DNA of 64,000 nt from the NCBI RefSeq assembly GCF_006345805.1, contig NC_042999.1:130386001-130450000 (forward strand), written 5' to 3'. This DNA comes from Octopus sinensis (lineage: Eukaryota). Both the position numbers and the translations under genes were made by a program. Below are positions 52,006-64,000 of the stretch, piece after piece (positions within the stretch are counted from its first letter, which is position 1; every line of letters starts with the position of its first letter). The notes below the pieces were generated by a model, which worked only from the letters and a program-made list of their open reading frames with translations, ran no database searches and was not told the DNA's origin.

Positions 52006-52038
<33 letters not shown>

Positions 52039-52290
52039 CGCGTGTGTGTGTGTGTATGTGTGTGTGTATATATATATATGCATCTGTATCTGTGCGCGCG
52101 CGTGTTTACGTTTATGCCACTTAAAACCATTGACATTGTTGATGTATCGTTACACAGTGGTTCGACAAATATGCCTTGATAAAATAAGTACAAAGCTTCA
52201 ATAATTCTTACGGCCGATATACACGGTTAAACCCTTGAAGGTGATGCCCCAGTGATCCCACAACCAGTAAAAAATCTAAATGAATAAATT
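51860..52290 (+). mobile_element. CORE-type SINE with expanded internal (TG)n
   Basis: CTGGGTTCTATCCCATTGCACTGTACCTTGGGCAAGTG head and core; CCTTGAAGGTGATGCCCCAG 3' part. Confidence 0.75.
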
Positions 52291-52678
52291 TTAAATATTT
52301 ATCAATCTTGCAAATAATATAAATGTCGTGCTTCTAATAGATTATGTCTTCGATTTCGTTCCATAGATTGAAGCACGACACAAAAGGTAGGTAGATAGGT
52401 ATTAATATGTTTTTAAAAAAATATTCTGAATAATGAATCACTGAATAGAAAACAAAAGATCTCTGGAGAAAATAATTGATTAATTATTGAACAATTAGGC
52501 TTTTGCTGAATTTATATAACCAAGAAAGTACGTGGCAAGTGAGAACTTTTATTCAATAAAATAATTAGAACTAAAGGGATCATTTATCGTTTTAGTAATA
52601 CGGTTTAAATTTTATTAAAATATTTATGAAACTCAGTAAGTGTGTGTGTGTGAGAGAGAGAGAGAGAGACAGGCAGGC

Positions 52679-52731
<53 letters not shown>

Positions 52732-53105
52732 GGCAAACAGACATACAAAGGGGTTGCATTTAGTAACCTATAAACACGTATGCAATGTCCTCCATTTCGG
52801 AACTACCACGTAGGCAATACTTTCATTTTTGATTATTTGATAATATACCCTCCTAGATAGCCCTTTGAATTCAGATGAATTCTGTTTCCCGCCTCATCAT
52901 ACAAGAAATACCAAAAATAAAACTTTTATTCAGACAGAGGCCATTACTAATTTAGGTGAGAATGTTCAAGAAATAGCTAATTCAGTGGATTGTAATCATT
53001 CCTTCAAGACAATTTACCCGGAAAATGAAAACAAAAACACAGACAAGACCATGCATGTGCATACCAGTCAACCATAATGTCTACTATAGGTATAAGACCT
53101 ATACG

Positions 53106-53168
53106 TGGGGAGTGGGGAAGTGGGGAAGTGGGGAAGTGGGGAAGTGGTGAGTGGGGAAGTGGGGAAGT
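53106..53168 (+). repeat. (GGGGAAGT)n minisatellite, G-quadruplex-competent, inside a SINE
   Basis: Seven GGGG runs with 8-bp periodicity; continues into the SINE core at 53165-53330. Confidence 0.9.
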
Positions 53169-54699
53169 CGACTACATCGATACTGGTGCTCAACTGGTAC
53201 TTAATTTATCGATCCCGAAAAGATGAAAGGCAAAGTTGACCTCAGCGGCATTTTAACTCAACATAAAGACATGTGAAATGCCGCTAAGCATTTTGTCCGA
53301 TGTGGTAAAGATTTTTACCAGGTTGCTGCCCTAATAATAATAATAAAAATGATAATAATCCTTTCTATTAAAAGCACAAGGCCTGAAATTTTGTGAGAAC
53401 TAATCCTCGTTACTTAGCGGTTGGCAAAAATGACCAACAGAATAACTACAAAACTCTAAAATGGTACTGGTGTCGATTTGTTCGACTAAACCTTACAATG
53501 AAGCGACCCCTGTACGGCCGCAGTCCAATGACAAACAAATTAAAGCTAAAAGATATTTAATACATAATTAAGTCTTATATATAGTATAAAAGCCCTACTA
53601 CATATTAGTGACTGAGAAATAGGGAATGAAATGAGTATGAGCCTTCCAAGAGCATTGATATATATAATAATGTTTTTGATGAAACCCCACTTATATGTAT
53701 CATGTTATTTCTATGTGACCTTTACTGATTAGATTCATTCACTTACTGGCATTCCTCATTAATCAAGCTGAATGCGTGGATTAAAATTGAGGACTCGGCT
53801 TGCCAAGAACTTATCTTTTGGTTCTACAAAGAGATGGAAGACAGTTGACGGTAGTGTTTGTTACTTGAACTCAAACCGAGAGATACGAAAGAATCAGTGA
53901 CGCATTTTCTCCAGTATACTTCCCTTGAATGGATATTGGATGTAGTAATATCTACAATATATAGATAACAATAATATTGGATATATCAATACTATATATA
54001 TAAATGTTAAATACAATGGTATTAGATATATATAAATATTCCACAGCAGTTATTACGCTTTAGAGGTGTAGTAACTGCTGTGTAGCTACTATCAGACTTA
54101 GCAGATCACAGCTCACTATCTCTCCTATACAAAGGCCTTTGATAGCAGCACTTCCATATAGTGCCCCTACTACAACAAAGCGTACTGTTTTTCTGTGTTT
54201 TCTTTTGTTTTTGTTGTTTTTTGTTGTTTTTGGGGGGTGGGGTACGATACGGAATGGAGCCTTTATACAACTGGGCAGCGTGCCACGTCACTTTCTGGCA
54301 GCTCCTACAACTGAGTTGATGCCAAACGGTTTGCCTTGTATTCCTTTAGATTACATCCAATCCGAGATGAGGATCTTGACAACTTGGGAGACTTGTATCT
54401 TCATAATTATCGGCCTGGTCTGCTCCCCAGAAAGTATACTCTCGTGCTGCGGCGAAACAACGATATCAACACGAGTGGTAGCAGTTATGAATGAGTAAAT
54501 CTAATGAGGTCGGTGTAAGGTTAAGTTTACTTCAAACGGTAGAAAATATCATCCATTTCACTGTCAGCCATCGTCCGCCTCAATCTGAGAAGCCTTCGGA
54601 CAATACGTTGCTCGTATCATTAATTGCTGCTTCAATAGATGTTTGTGTTTAAAATTTATCTAAAATCAGACAATTATCACTGTACCAGACAAAAAAGAG

Positions 54700-55520
54700 A
54701 AGAAAGGATAAGCCACTACTCCTGCGATTGGCCACTTGTAATATCAGAACAATATTCCTTGGTCATTCGTGTGATCAAAAGCAAATCAACAAGAACAGAA
54801 ATCTCCAATTATCAACTCCAGGTTAAGGAAGCTGGACATTGTTACAGCAGCACAACTGAAGCCCAGGTTTTCCGCAAACTATGTGTTACGAGAAAAGTAT
54901 ACCTCTCCGGAGGAACCTCGTCTATATAGCTTATTGTTTGAAACAACATACAGCCCCTCACATTTCTTCATACTGATGGATCAGAACATCCTTTCCCTCA
55001 GCTTTTCTACGTCTTCGGACAAAGTAAATATCCTCAGTGTCTACGTTCCAACGTTATGCTCACTTTAAGTAACAAAAGACCAAGTTCATGAGGATTATGA
55101 CATTGTCTTTGATTAAACATCAGAAACTGAACACAACAACTGCTGTGTTACGTCAATAATAAAGTCGGATCGGATAATTGAGCATGGTAGGTTTACCACG
55201 ATAATTTCAGCGTTGACAAGATAAACGAAACCGACCTTAAGCTACTGGAGCTCTGCTCCTACCACAAACTGAATATTACCAGCACATTCATTAAGATAAA
55301 TCCACGCCAAAGAGTCGCTTAGATGCGTCCAAGATTCGGACATTGGCATCAGCTGGACATGATTATCACTAGAAAGCTTACATTCAACAGTTTACTTTTC
55401 ACATGCATCTTCCACAATGCCGGCTGTGACACGGATCATTCCACGATATTCTGAGAAGTCTAACTAAAATCAAAGAAGAGTCAGCGTATCGAACAGAAAG
55501 GATGCCCATGTAGTTATACA
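54700..55520 (+). mobile_element. RTE-BovB-like LINE 5' remnant (AP-endonuclease domain)
   Basis: LRLATCNIRT, VNILSVYVPTL, KVGSDN, LLELCSYHKLNITST, HWHQLDMIITR and CDTDHS (APE motifs), with stops and frameshifts. Confidence 0.85.
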
Positions 55521-55990
55521 AGTAGCAAACCCAGAGCTTCGCAGAGATCTCAATAACCAAATGGAACGAATCTTGAAAGAGAACCGGCTACTTCTATGGG
55601 GAGTAGGATGGATGTTCATCTGCGGATACCATTTACGACATGATCATGTTGTAAATAGTACCGTAGGTGAACATCCAACCCACCTGGTAGGAAGGAGTAA
55701 ACAAACTGAGACTGTTTGAATCAAACCGGTCATCATTGCGAAATCAGAAGTTCTAATCAACTATAATGTGTATGTGTGGTGTGCATAGGGAGAACTTTTC
55801 CATTGATGTCAATGAACTATGTAAAATGTCGGGTCAATCGCCTTTATACAGTAAAGTTCAGGATTTTAAATTTTATTCTCTTCCATTCTGACGAAAGAAT
55901 GCCATGTAATACTCCATTACGCTTCTCCTAAGACATACGAACTTATCCAAACCCAAGAATTTCCTTTCCTATGATAATGGCTACATATAC

Positions 55991-56037
<47 letters not shown>

Positions 56038-57115
56038 GAATAAGTTTATATTAAGCAAAAATTTTGAAGATTATGCGAAGAGACTTCTATGTTGTGACGT
56101 GTGTTCTCACAGACATTGGCGCAGTAAAAAGAATTCACACAATCAGGTAGCTGAAACTGTGCTGCTAATTTCTCTCCGTAAACAGCTTACAGCTGCTGCA
56201 CAGCACACCTGTCACTAGCTCTTGCATATTAATAAATATACCTATACAAATATGTTAGAAAGTAGTGTGTGCCTATGTGTATATATGACTCAGGTTAATT
56301 GGGACATATCGTAACAAGACAGCTGGCGCAATTAAGCGGTTGCTCCACTTACACAAAATGTTGTGTAATGAGCTAAGGGGATGTACATCAGAAGACAAAC
56401 TGATGTTAACTGATCGACAATAATATTCATGTCAATTATAAGTATCACCCTTCTCAACTCCTTCTCTGCCTGTGTTGGTTAGAAGTCAGTTTTGCCAGCA
56501 GTAAAAATAATGGACTAGAATTTCCAACAAAGACCAATCTATGCGCGTATTTGCGTAGTGAAAAAGTTCGCTTCACAACTACGAGATAAGACCTAACGCG
56601 GGCATCTTGGACAAACATAATTTTTCTATATACTTATGCCTTCCGATTGTACCTATAATTCAAAAGTTACAGCTTTGTCACACTCCATGTCAAGTTGATT
56701 CTCGTAATTCTAAGAATTACGTGAAGATTTACCGTGTCTGTGTGAACCTTAGCTATTTACACGATAATTCAACAGCAGTTCTTTCGAACAATTAAACTCT
56801 CATCGTCGAACTTCGGAAGACCACAATACATCATATATTTCTTTTACTCTTTTATTCTTTTACTTGTTTCAGGCATTAGACTGCGGTCATGTTGGAGCAC
56901 CGAGTTAAAGAGTTTTTAGTCGAAGAAAGCGACTCCAGGACTTAATCTTTTTAAGCCTAGTACTTATTCTATCGGATCTTTTGTCGAACTGCTAAGTTAT
57001 GGGGACCTAAACACACCAACACCGGTTGTCAAGCAGTGATGGGGGGAGGACAAACACAGATACAAAGACGAACACACACACACACCACACACACACACAC
57101 ACATATTTATATAAA

Positions 57116-57328
57116 GTTAATCCAAACATGAAAACACAAAGAGAAAACACAACAACGTGAGGACGTGGAATAAGTATAGTGTTATTGGACGCTCAGGAAA
57201 GGAAAGAAAGAAGGAGGATTTAACGTTTCGAGCGGAGCTCTTCGTCAGAAACATAGAAAAAGGAAAGATCCAAGGAAGGGAAGACGGAGGAAAAAAAATC
57301 GCCAACGATACACACGCGGTCGGTCACA
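57116..57328 (-). mobile_element. Penelope-derived mini-element
   Basis: Paralogue of 31179-31370; carries an intact hammerhead core. Confidence 0.75.
57217..57252 (-). ncRNA. Minimal type I hammerhead ribozyme motif
   Basis: GTTT-CTGACGA-A-GAGC-TCC-GCTC-GAAAC-GTT-AAAT: CUGANGA and GAAAC cores, 4-bp stem II, palindromic ACGU stem III and short stem I. Confidence 0.65.
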
Positions 57329-57494
57329 TAATATATATATATATATACACGACGGGCTTCTTTCAGTTTCACATGGTTTTGGTAGGCCCAAAGCTATAGT
57401 AAAAAGACATTTGCCCAAGGTTCCACGCAGTGAGACTGAACCCGGAACCATGTGGTTGGGAAGAAAGCTTCTTACCACACGGCCACACCTATAA

Positions 57495-57575
<81 letters not shown>

Positions 57576-59442
57576 CACACGCTAATACCGAACAGAGAGA
57601 ATGAATGCATTGGTGGATTAATATTCTTTATTTGAAGGTTAACAAGACTACCAGTGGTATCATGTAAAGAGAGCTCTCTCAACAAATATCAAACCTGGCA
57701 GATGAGGACGATGGTGCTTGACGCCATCTTGGAAAAGCTCCACATTATTCGCCACTCATGCCAATCCTAAACAAAAACGGAGTAAATCTTAAACTGTCGC
57801 TACATGTCAAAAGGTTTCTCATGAACTTTAATGTTGACATGATAAAAGCCTCACTACATTATGGACCATGTAGTGAGCTTATGACATCAGGTATAACTCA
57901 ACATTTTCAGATGTTCTATCTTATTCTTTGCAATCCACCGATTTGTTCAGTCACAGATGGTTCTACAATTCAGTGATGCTTCGTTAATTGATCCACATTC
58001 CACTGATTATTCAAGCATAATAGGTTTAGGAAAATTTTACGTGAGAGAGAGGTAGGGAGTGTGGGGGGATGCGCGTGTGTTTGCTGGTACTTCATTTTTT
58101 GAGCTCCACCCCCGCGAAGGATAAAAAGGAAAGCCTCACCGCATTTTGGCCTGACACTCTAACGGATTCACCAACTTCGCTGGTCTCTAATAATGTATAA
58201 TTATAAAATGAAAATAATAAAACGAATATAATAATGTGTTTTTAATTCTGCAAAACTTTACCACAATGTTGTTGTTGTTGTTGTTGTTGTGTTGTTGCTG
58301 CTGCTGCTGCTGCTGTTGTTGTTGTTGTGGTTGTTGTTGTTGTTGTGTGTGTGTGTGTTAGTATAAGTTGCCAGAAGGAAAGCGTGAACAATGAAGTTGA
58401 TATTGCTGTCTTTATTTTAATTAACCCCAGGTCTACCTGATCAAGCTGACCTACGATCAAAAGTGTTCTAGAGGTGGCCATCCTGTTGATTTATTATTTT
58501 CAAAACATGCTGCATCTCAGACTACATTTTCCAATAAGATACTATTCTGATGACAAAATGTAATCTGAGAGATATACAAGGTATTTGAATAATTTCCGTG
58601 TAAAAGCTACAAATACACATAAATAACATTCTTATTCACATTCACAGCAACAGTTCCCGAGGAACAATATTTATTGTATAGACATGAGAAAGCATCAACA
58701 CACCTTGGCCTTCTGAATGTTTTTTTGCTCTGCTTAAGGCAAGAATTTCATGCGTGCAGTCTAATAAGTAAATAGGCTTAAGTTGAAGACAATGACACTT
58801 CTTAGTAAGTTGAATATGAAAGGCAACAGTGAATATATAGTTGAATACATGAAGAGGAATAATTAATAGATAATAGCGGAATAGAATGCAGAAATATATA
58901 GCGTATTAAATATATATTGATCACACACACACACACACACGTTTATTAAAGTTGAAAAATTATCACAAAACTTTTACTTTCACATTACCGTTCGTGGGAC
59001 AGTTGTGATAAAACAGAGAGAATAAGTGCTCTACAACGAATTGGTGAATAAATATTCTTTATTTGAGGGTTAGCGAGGCTACCAATGGTTTCATGCATTT
59101 ATGTACTCACCTGTGTGGTGTGTGTGTGTATGTATATGTGTGCGTGTGTGTGGTGTGTGTGTGTGTGTGTGTATGTGTGTGTGTGTGTGTGTCTATACAC
59201 ACACACATTTTGGCCAGTATATATACACAGTGAAGCTTTACTATAGCGCCGTATATTATCGACTGTTATTTCCAGTATATACTGCTGCATTGTTATACCA
59301 CTATCTTAGATGTGGGGGCGGTGTACCATATGATTGATTGATTGATTCTAGTTTCAGCTCATGAGCTGTGGCCATGCTGGGGCACCGCCATTATATATAT
59401 ATATATATATCAGATATTTACAAGCTATTTCACATTCACAGT

Positions 59443-59487
<45 letters not shown>

Positions 59488-59794
59488 ACACACACACACA
59501 CACACGTATGAACAGGCACTCCGTCAGCTACGACGATGAGGGTTCCAGTTGATCCGATAAAGGAACATCCTATTTGTGAAATCAACGTGCACCTTAACGT
59601 AGTTCTCAGGGAGATTCAGCATGTGACAAGGCTGGCCCTTTAAAATACGGGTACAACTCATTCTTGCCAGTTGAATGAACTGGAGCAACGTGAAATAATA
59701 ATGGAGGTCAAAATGTTTCGCCGAAAATCGAAATCATGAGCTCACGATAATGAACAAATATCCTAACCTCAGGTCACTGCTTGGAATCGAACTC

Positions 59795-60215
59795 GGTTTC
59801 CCTAAGATTCACAAGAATAGTATTCCATTAAGACCTGTAGTGAGCTGTAGAGGTTCAGCATGTCATCTACTGAATTTCTTCCATGTGGATATAATCAGTC
59901 CATTAGCAGAAAGTCAACATCGTACATGAAGAATTCCATCCACTTCACAGAATTGATTAAGGATACCCCCATTAAATCCAACCAGATGGTGAGTCTAGAT
60001 GTGATAAGTATGTTCACCAAAGTCCCAACTGGTGAAGTACTATCGGTGATATAAGAAAAACTAGTGACAGACGCCCATCTAAAAGAACGCACTAGTATAC
60101 CAATAAGAAACTTGATGGAAATGTTGACCTTCTGTGTAGAAACTACCTACTTCAGTATAGACACTGATATATATCGACAAGAGGAGGGTTTAGCTATGGG
60201 TTAGCCATTATTTCG
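59795..60215 (+). mobile_element. Penelope-like reverse transcriptase remnant
   Basis: PKIHKNSIPLRPVVS, SYMKNSIHF, MVSLDVISMFTKVP, MLTFCVETTYF and YRQEEGLAMG*PL. Confidence 0.9.
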
Positions 60216-60278
60216 TATTTTCCAGTGGTGTACTCTGTCTAATATTCAAAAGCTTCAAATGGTTAATTATTGCTCACA

Positions 60279-60304
<26 letters not shown>

Positions 60305-60309
<5 letters not shown>

Positions 60310-60600
60310 CGGGAAGCTTTAGGAAAATAGACAAAAGACGAAGGCAGGTGGAAAACAAACAAACAATTGTATTAGTATGGCGCTCAGGAAATATAAATAA
60401 AACAAGTCTTTAACGTTTCGAGCCTACGCTCTTCAACAGAAAGATACACAGAGAGAAAAAAAACACAGAAAGAAGGAGAGAAAAAAAATGCGTGCAGTAA
60501 CTAACGAATCAACATGGCGATCTGATTTCGGCCAGAGGTCAAAGATCAAACATGAGACGCGAGAGCGAAATAAGGGGAGATAATAGCGTTGATAATAGGG
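60305..60600 (-). mobile_element. Penelope-like terminal fragment with hammerhead-like motif
   Basis: Minus strand reads TCTTT-CTGTTGA-A-GAGC-GTAG-GCTC-GAAAC-GTT-AAAGA at 60407-60444; abuts (TA)n. Confidence 0.72.
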
Positions 60601-60795
60601 TTGAATGACCCTAGGATAGGTCTGGATAGGCGTATGTATGGGGTTGGTGTATGTATTAGTATGTATTAGTACGTATTAGTATGTATAAGTGTGTGTGTGT
60701 GTGTATGAGAGAGTATAAGTGCGTATGAGGGGTCTGGACGTGTGTATGTATATGGTTGGTGTATGTATTAGTATGTATTAGTACGTATTAGTATG

Positions 60796-60885
<90 letters not shown>

Positions 60886-60972
60886 ATATATATACATATA
60901 TATAAGTACCATCTCGGGATCCAAGTAAGTTTCGAGCATGTATAGTATAGATGACAATCTTGTTATATTCAT

Positions 60973-61965
60973 TTATTACCTTTGCCTTAGCAGAAGCGGA
61001 GTTATTGTTTTCAGTCGTGTTTGTTTGTTTGTCCGTAGAGAAGGTATCTCAAGAACCGCTAGGTGCATTTGGATGAAACTTTCAAGGATGTTTGGCCTCG
61101 TGACTGGCACGAACTGATTAGATTTTGAAATTGATCCGGTACCGGGCAAGGATTTTGGATTATTTGTTATATTTACTTCACTTTACATAAAGTATTACGA
61201 TCTTACGTTCACTTTCAAGTCTTTCTCTGATTATCCCCCTTGAAAGCACGCTCATGGTTTCCACAAAATTGAAGGCGGTGTTACTGCTTCCAAAGTTTTA
61301 TTTTTGTTTCTCTATTATTAATTTTAGTCGTGTCTCTATCTCAGTAGAAACTGATGGATAAAGAAATCAAACTACGTAAACAAACAGCAGCAAAACCGTT
61401 CAGAAATTAAATAACAATAACATATTCAAGTAACAATTAAAAAAATGTAATTTATCCTCGACAATTTTCAGTTTTATCAATTTTGAATATATCACTCTGT
61501 TTAAAACCTCTTACCTACTTGGCAATTGCATTTCTAGCTCTGCCTTGAAGGAAGCTTTACTTCTTGGGCTCACGTTTTTGTGCGCATCGATATTGTTAAA
61601 CCTCCGTTAACAGCACCGTATGCAGGTCCTTTCCGTTTTCTTTCACGCACGGATAAATTCTTCACTATATCAGTAGATAGACTAAAAAATACCTTCATAG
61701 AAAAAATTATCCCTGTCCTCACTGCAGACGACATACACGCACGTTACCTGTGATCGATCAGGTACCGGACAAGGATTCTGGATTATTTTTCGGTTGTTTT
61801 TTTTTTACTTAATTTATGAGAGCAGTCGGGTTTATCTTAAGTATTCTTGTTTGTGAGAGCAGTCGAGTTTATTTCAGATATTCTCATTTTAAAAATCATC
61901 GCCGGCTATCGTTGAGAAGACAGTGTTCCTTTGGCGGAAGTTTGCGCTCTCTGAGTGCTCTTGTT
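60973..61965 (+). mobile_element. Helentron-associated (HINE/DINE-like) non-autonomous element
   Basis: 5' TTATTACCTTTGCC, (GTTT)n near the 5' end, internal direct repeat GATC..GTACCGG.CAAGGATT..GGATTATTT (61134 and 61757), and 3' GGCGGAAGT plus hairpin GCGCTC-TCT-GAGTGC followed by TT. Confidence 0.75.
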
Positions 61966-62271
61966 TTATGTTTAGTTTTTATGTTATATTTCCACTTTTT
62001 AAATTTTTCATGTTATTACTATTTTGTACATACGCGTGGCCTTCTTGAATGTAATGTATATGTAATATTGTATTTTCTTGTGCACATATACAGGCTCTAG
62101 TTTTTTTTTATATGCACGTATACATGCTCCCACATAACCTCCTTGAAAGTAATATAAATATAATATTTAGTGTGTGTGTGTCTTTGTGTCTGTGTGTCTG
62201 TGCGTGTGTAGATATGTTTGTGCGTATTTGCGTGTTTGTATGTCTGTGCTTCTGTAAATTTGTGCGTTTAC

Positions 62272-62307
<36 letters not shown>

Positions 62308-62360
62308 TTGTGCGTGTGTATGTGTGTGTGTATGTATATATATATCCATATGTGTGTATG

Positions 62361-62466
<106 letters not shown>

Positions 62467-62730
62467 GTGGGTAGGGTTGTATGTATGGGGTCATTCATAT
62501 ATGTGCGCACGTTGGTCCGATAGCAACTCTAATCTTCTCATACATTTTCTTGATGTTACCCACGTCACTCGCCTGTGAATTTCTAAGCATAATTTATCCC
62601 AGTACTGGTTGGTACATTTTCTAGTTTCTTTTTGAAGGTTGGATTTTAAGGACGTAGCTGTTGCTTTGTACTTTCTGTTGGCTTTCTATTGTGCTTTAAT
62701 ATCTATATATAAAATATATAATATAATATA

Positions 62731-62781
<51 letters not shown>

Positions 62782-62870
62782 ATAATATATATATTTATAT
62801 AATATATATATAATATATATAATATACACGCGCGCGCACGCTAGCGCACACACACACACACACGCACGCG

Positions 62871-62913
<43 letters not shown>

Positions 62914-63099
62914 ACAAACACACGCACGGTGTGTGTTCAGGCTAAATTTGACATGTTTTAAAATATAATGTTGCCTTTTTTAGGAACAGCTGGATGTGTA
63001 GGCGAACAGTCAACGACGTGGAAGAGCATAAAGGTGAAAATTGTATCTGAGAAAAAGTTAGCTGCCTTGGAGGACTAGGAAGCATTTGAATACTGTAAA

Positions 63100-63812
63100 A
63101 GAATTAGCTGTATCATGATGACTTGAGCCGTTTATCAAAATGTCGACATCATGACCGCCACTCAGTGCTCTGTGCAGACTGCAAAGGCTGTAAGATGTAA
63201 CATGGACAGATGCAGCGGAGACTACGAATACCGTGTCGTGCAGGAGGGGACACAGAATGTGTTCTGAATGCATTCGCACGCCGGAATTCATCCCCACATC
63301 TTTGAACAGGGCCTTAGGCTCAATACAGACGGCTATGTAAAGCTACTGGAAGTTGTGGTTAATCCCTGGTTGGAATGGGTTGCTGCTGGAAATCCATATG
63401 TGTAACAGCAGGATTTGGCTCCTTGCCATAACTCCAGAAAGAGTCAAAAGTGGTTGTCGGATAATTTATACTTCACCAGCTCCAATTTCTGGCCTCCCAA
63501 TACTTCTGATTGTAATCCCATAAATTACTATGTGTGGAGCACAGTTAAGAAAGATACCAACCACTCTGTCTGCAACACCAAGGCCAAGTTGGTAACCAAG
63601 ATTAGGATGGTGTTCGAAGAGTGAGGAACATTTGAACCAGGTTCTGAAACCGTTTTGAGGCCGCAATGGAAACTGATGGTGGAAGCCTTGAGTAAACTAT
63701 TATCTCTCAGTCACAATCTAGTTGATGTTTTTTTTAATTTTTAAAGATACCTTTATTTTTTGATGGGATATTGTGTTTTCTGTTCTTTTCATGCAAACCA
63801 TTAAATTTAACC
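63100..63812 (+). pseudogene. maT/DD37D-type (Bmmar1-like) transposase remnant, internally deleted
   Basis: N-terminal DIMTATQCSVQTAK..DYE..RTPEF is fused to GLRLNTDGYVKLLE, QQDLAPCH, WPPNTSDCNPINYYVW and ..DGGSLE stop. Confidence 0.85.
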
Positions 63813-64000
63813 CATACATATCAGATTTGTATTTTCAGTTTCTTCCAACCTTTTTAGGAAAATATCTTCATTTAAATATCTTCAAGAAACTAGATCAATT
63901 TTATGAAAATAAAATTACAAAAACTGAACCTAGAACATACAAAAACAATAATAAACTACATAATGGTACAATTAGAAATATGAATTCTCTTAATAACCAC

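Larger units (their letters stand above)
56840..57490 (-). mobile_element. CORE-type SINE split by a Penelope-derived mini-element
   Basis: 3' part at 56840-57065, head and core at 57345-57490; insertion in the internal microsatellite. Confidence 0.85.

Noticed and set aside
52865-53077. 70-aa non-repetitive ORF
   Set aside because: TTG start, no recognisable domain and no linked exon; within chance expectation.
57690-57745. CAGATGAG..stem..GGAAA resembling a hammerhead
   Set aside because: Core is CAGA rather than CUGA, the closing G-C pair of stem II is missing and no stem III/NUH can be formed.

Overview
AT-rich eukaryotic genomic DNA, most likely from an octopus. The species call is an inference from the recognisable tRNA-derived SINE families and the extreme (TA)n/(CA)n/(ATC)n microsatellite load. 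The window is essentially intergenic or intronic. It holds dozens of SINE copies from at least four families and decayed LINE remnants (R4/Dong-like x2, L1/Tx1 x2, RTE x4, CR1-like, Penelope-like RT x2). It also holds decayed Tc1 and maT/DD37D transposases, a complete non-autonomous Helitron, a Helentron/HINE-like element and several MITEs with intact TIRs or TSDs. No intact protein-coding gene, rRNA, true tRNA or CRISPR array can be supported, and almost all ORFs in the supplied track are microsatellite read-through or transposon fragments. Four signals stand out: (1) a family of short Penelope-derived elements sitting in (TA)n tracts and carrying minimal hammerhead-ribozyme motifs, one canonical and three with a shared non-canonical core; (2) a ~290-bp near-perfect foldback with a 2-nt loop; (3) a MITE whose TIRs carry octamer motifs, inside a dense MITE cluster; (4) a weakly supported minus-strand first coding exon at 38513-38620. 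I found no evidence of a new multi-gene system. All protein-family calls are from manual translation and motif recall, not database searches, and most repeat boundaries are approximate.
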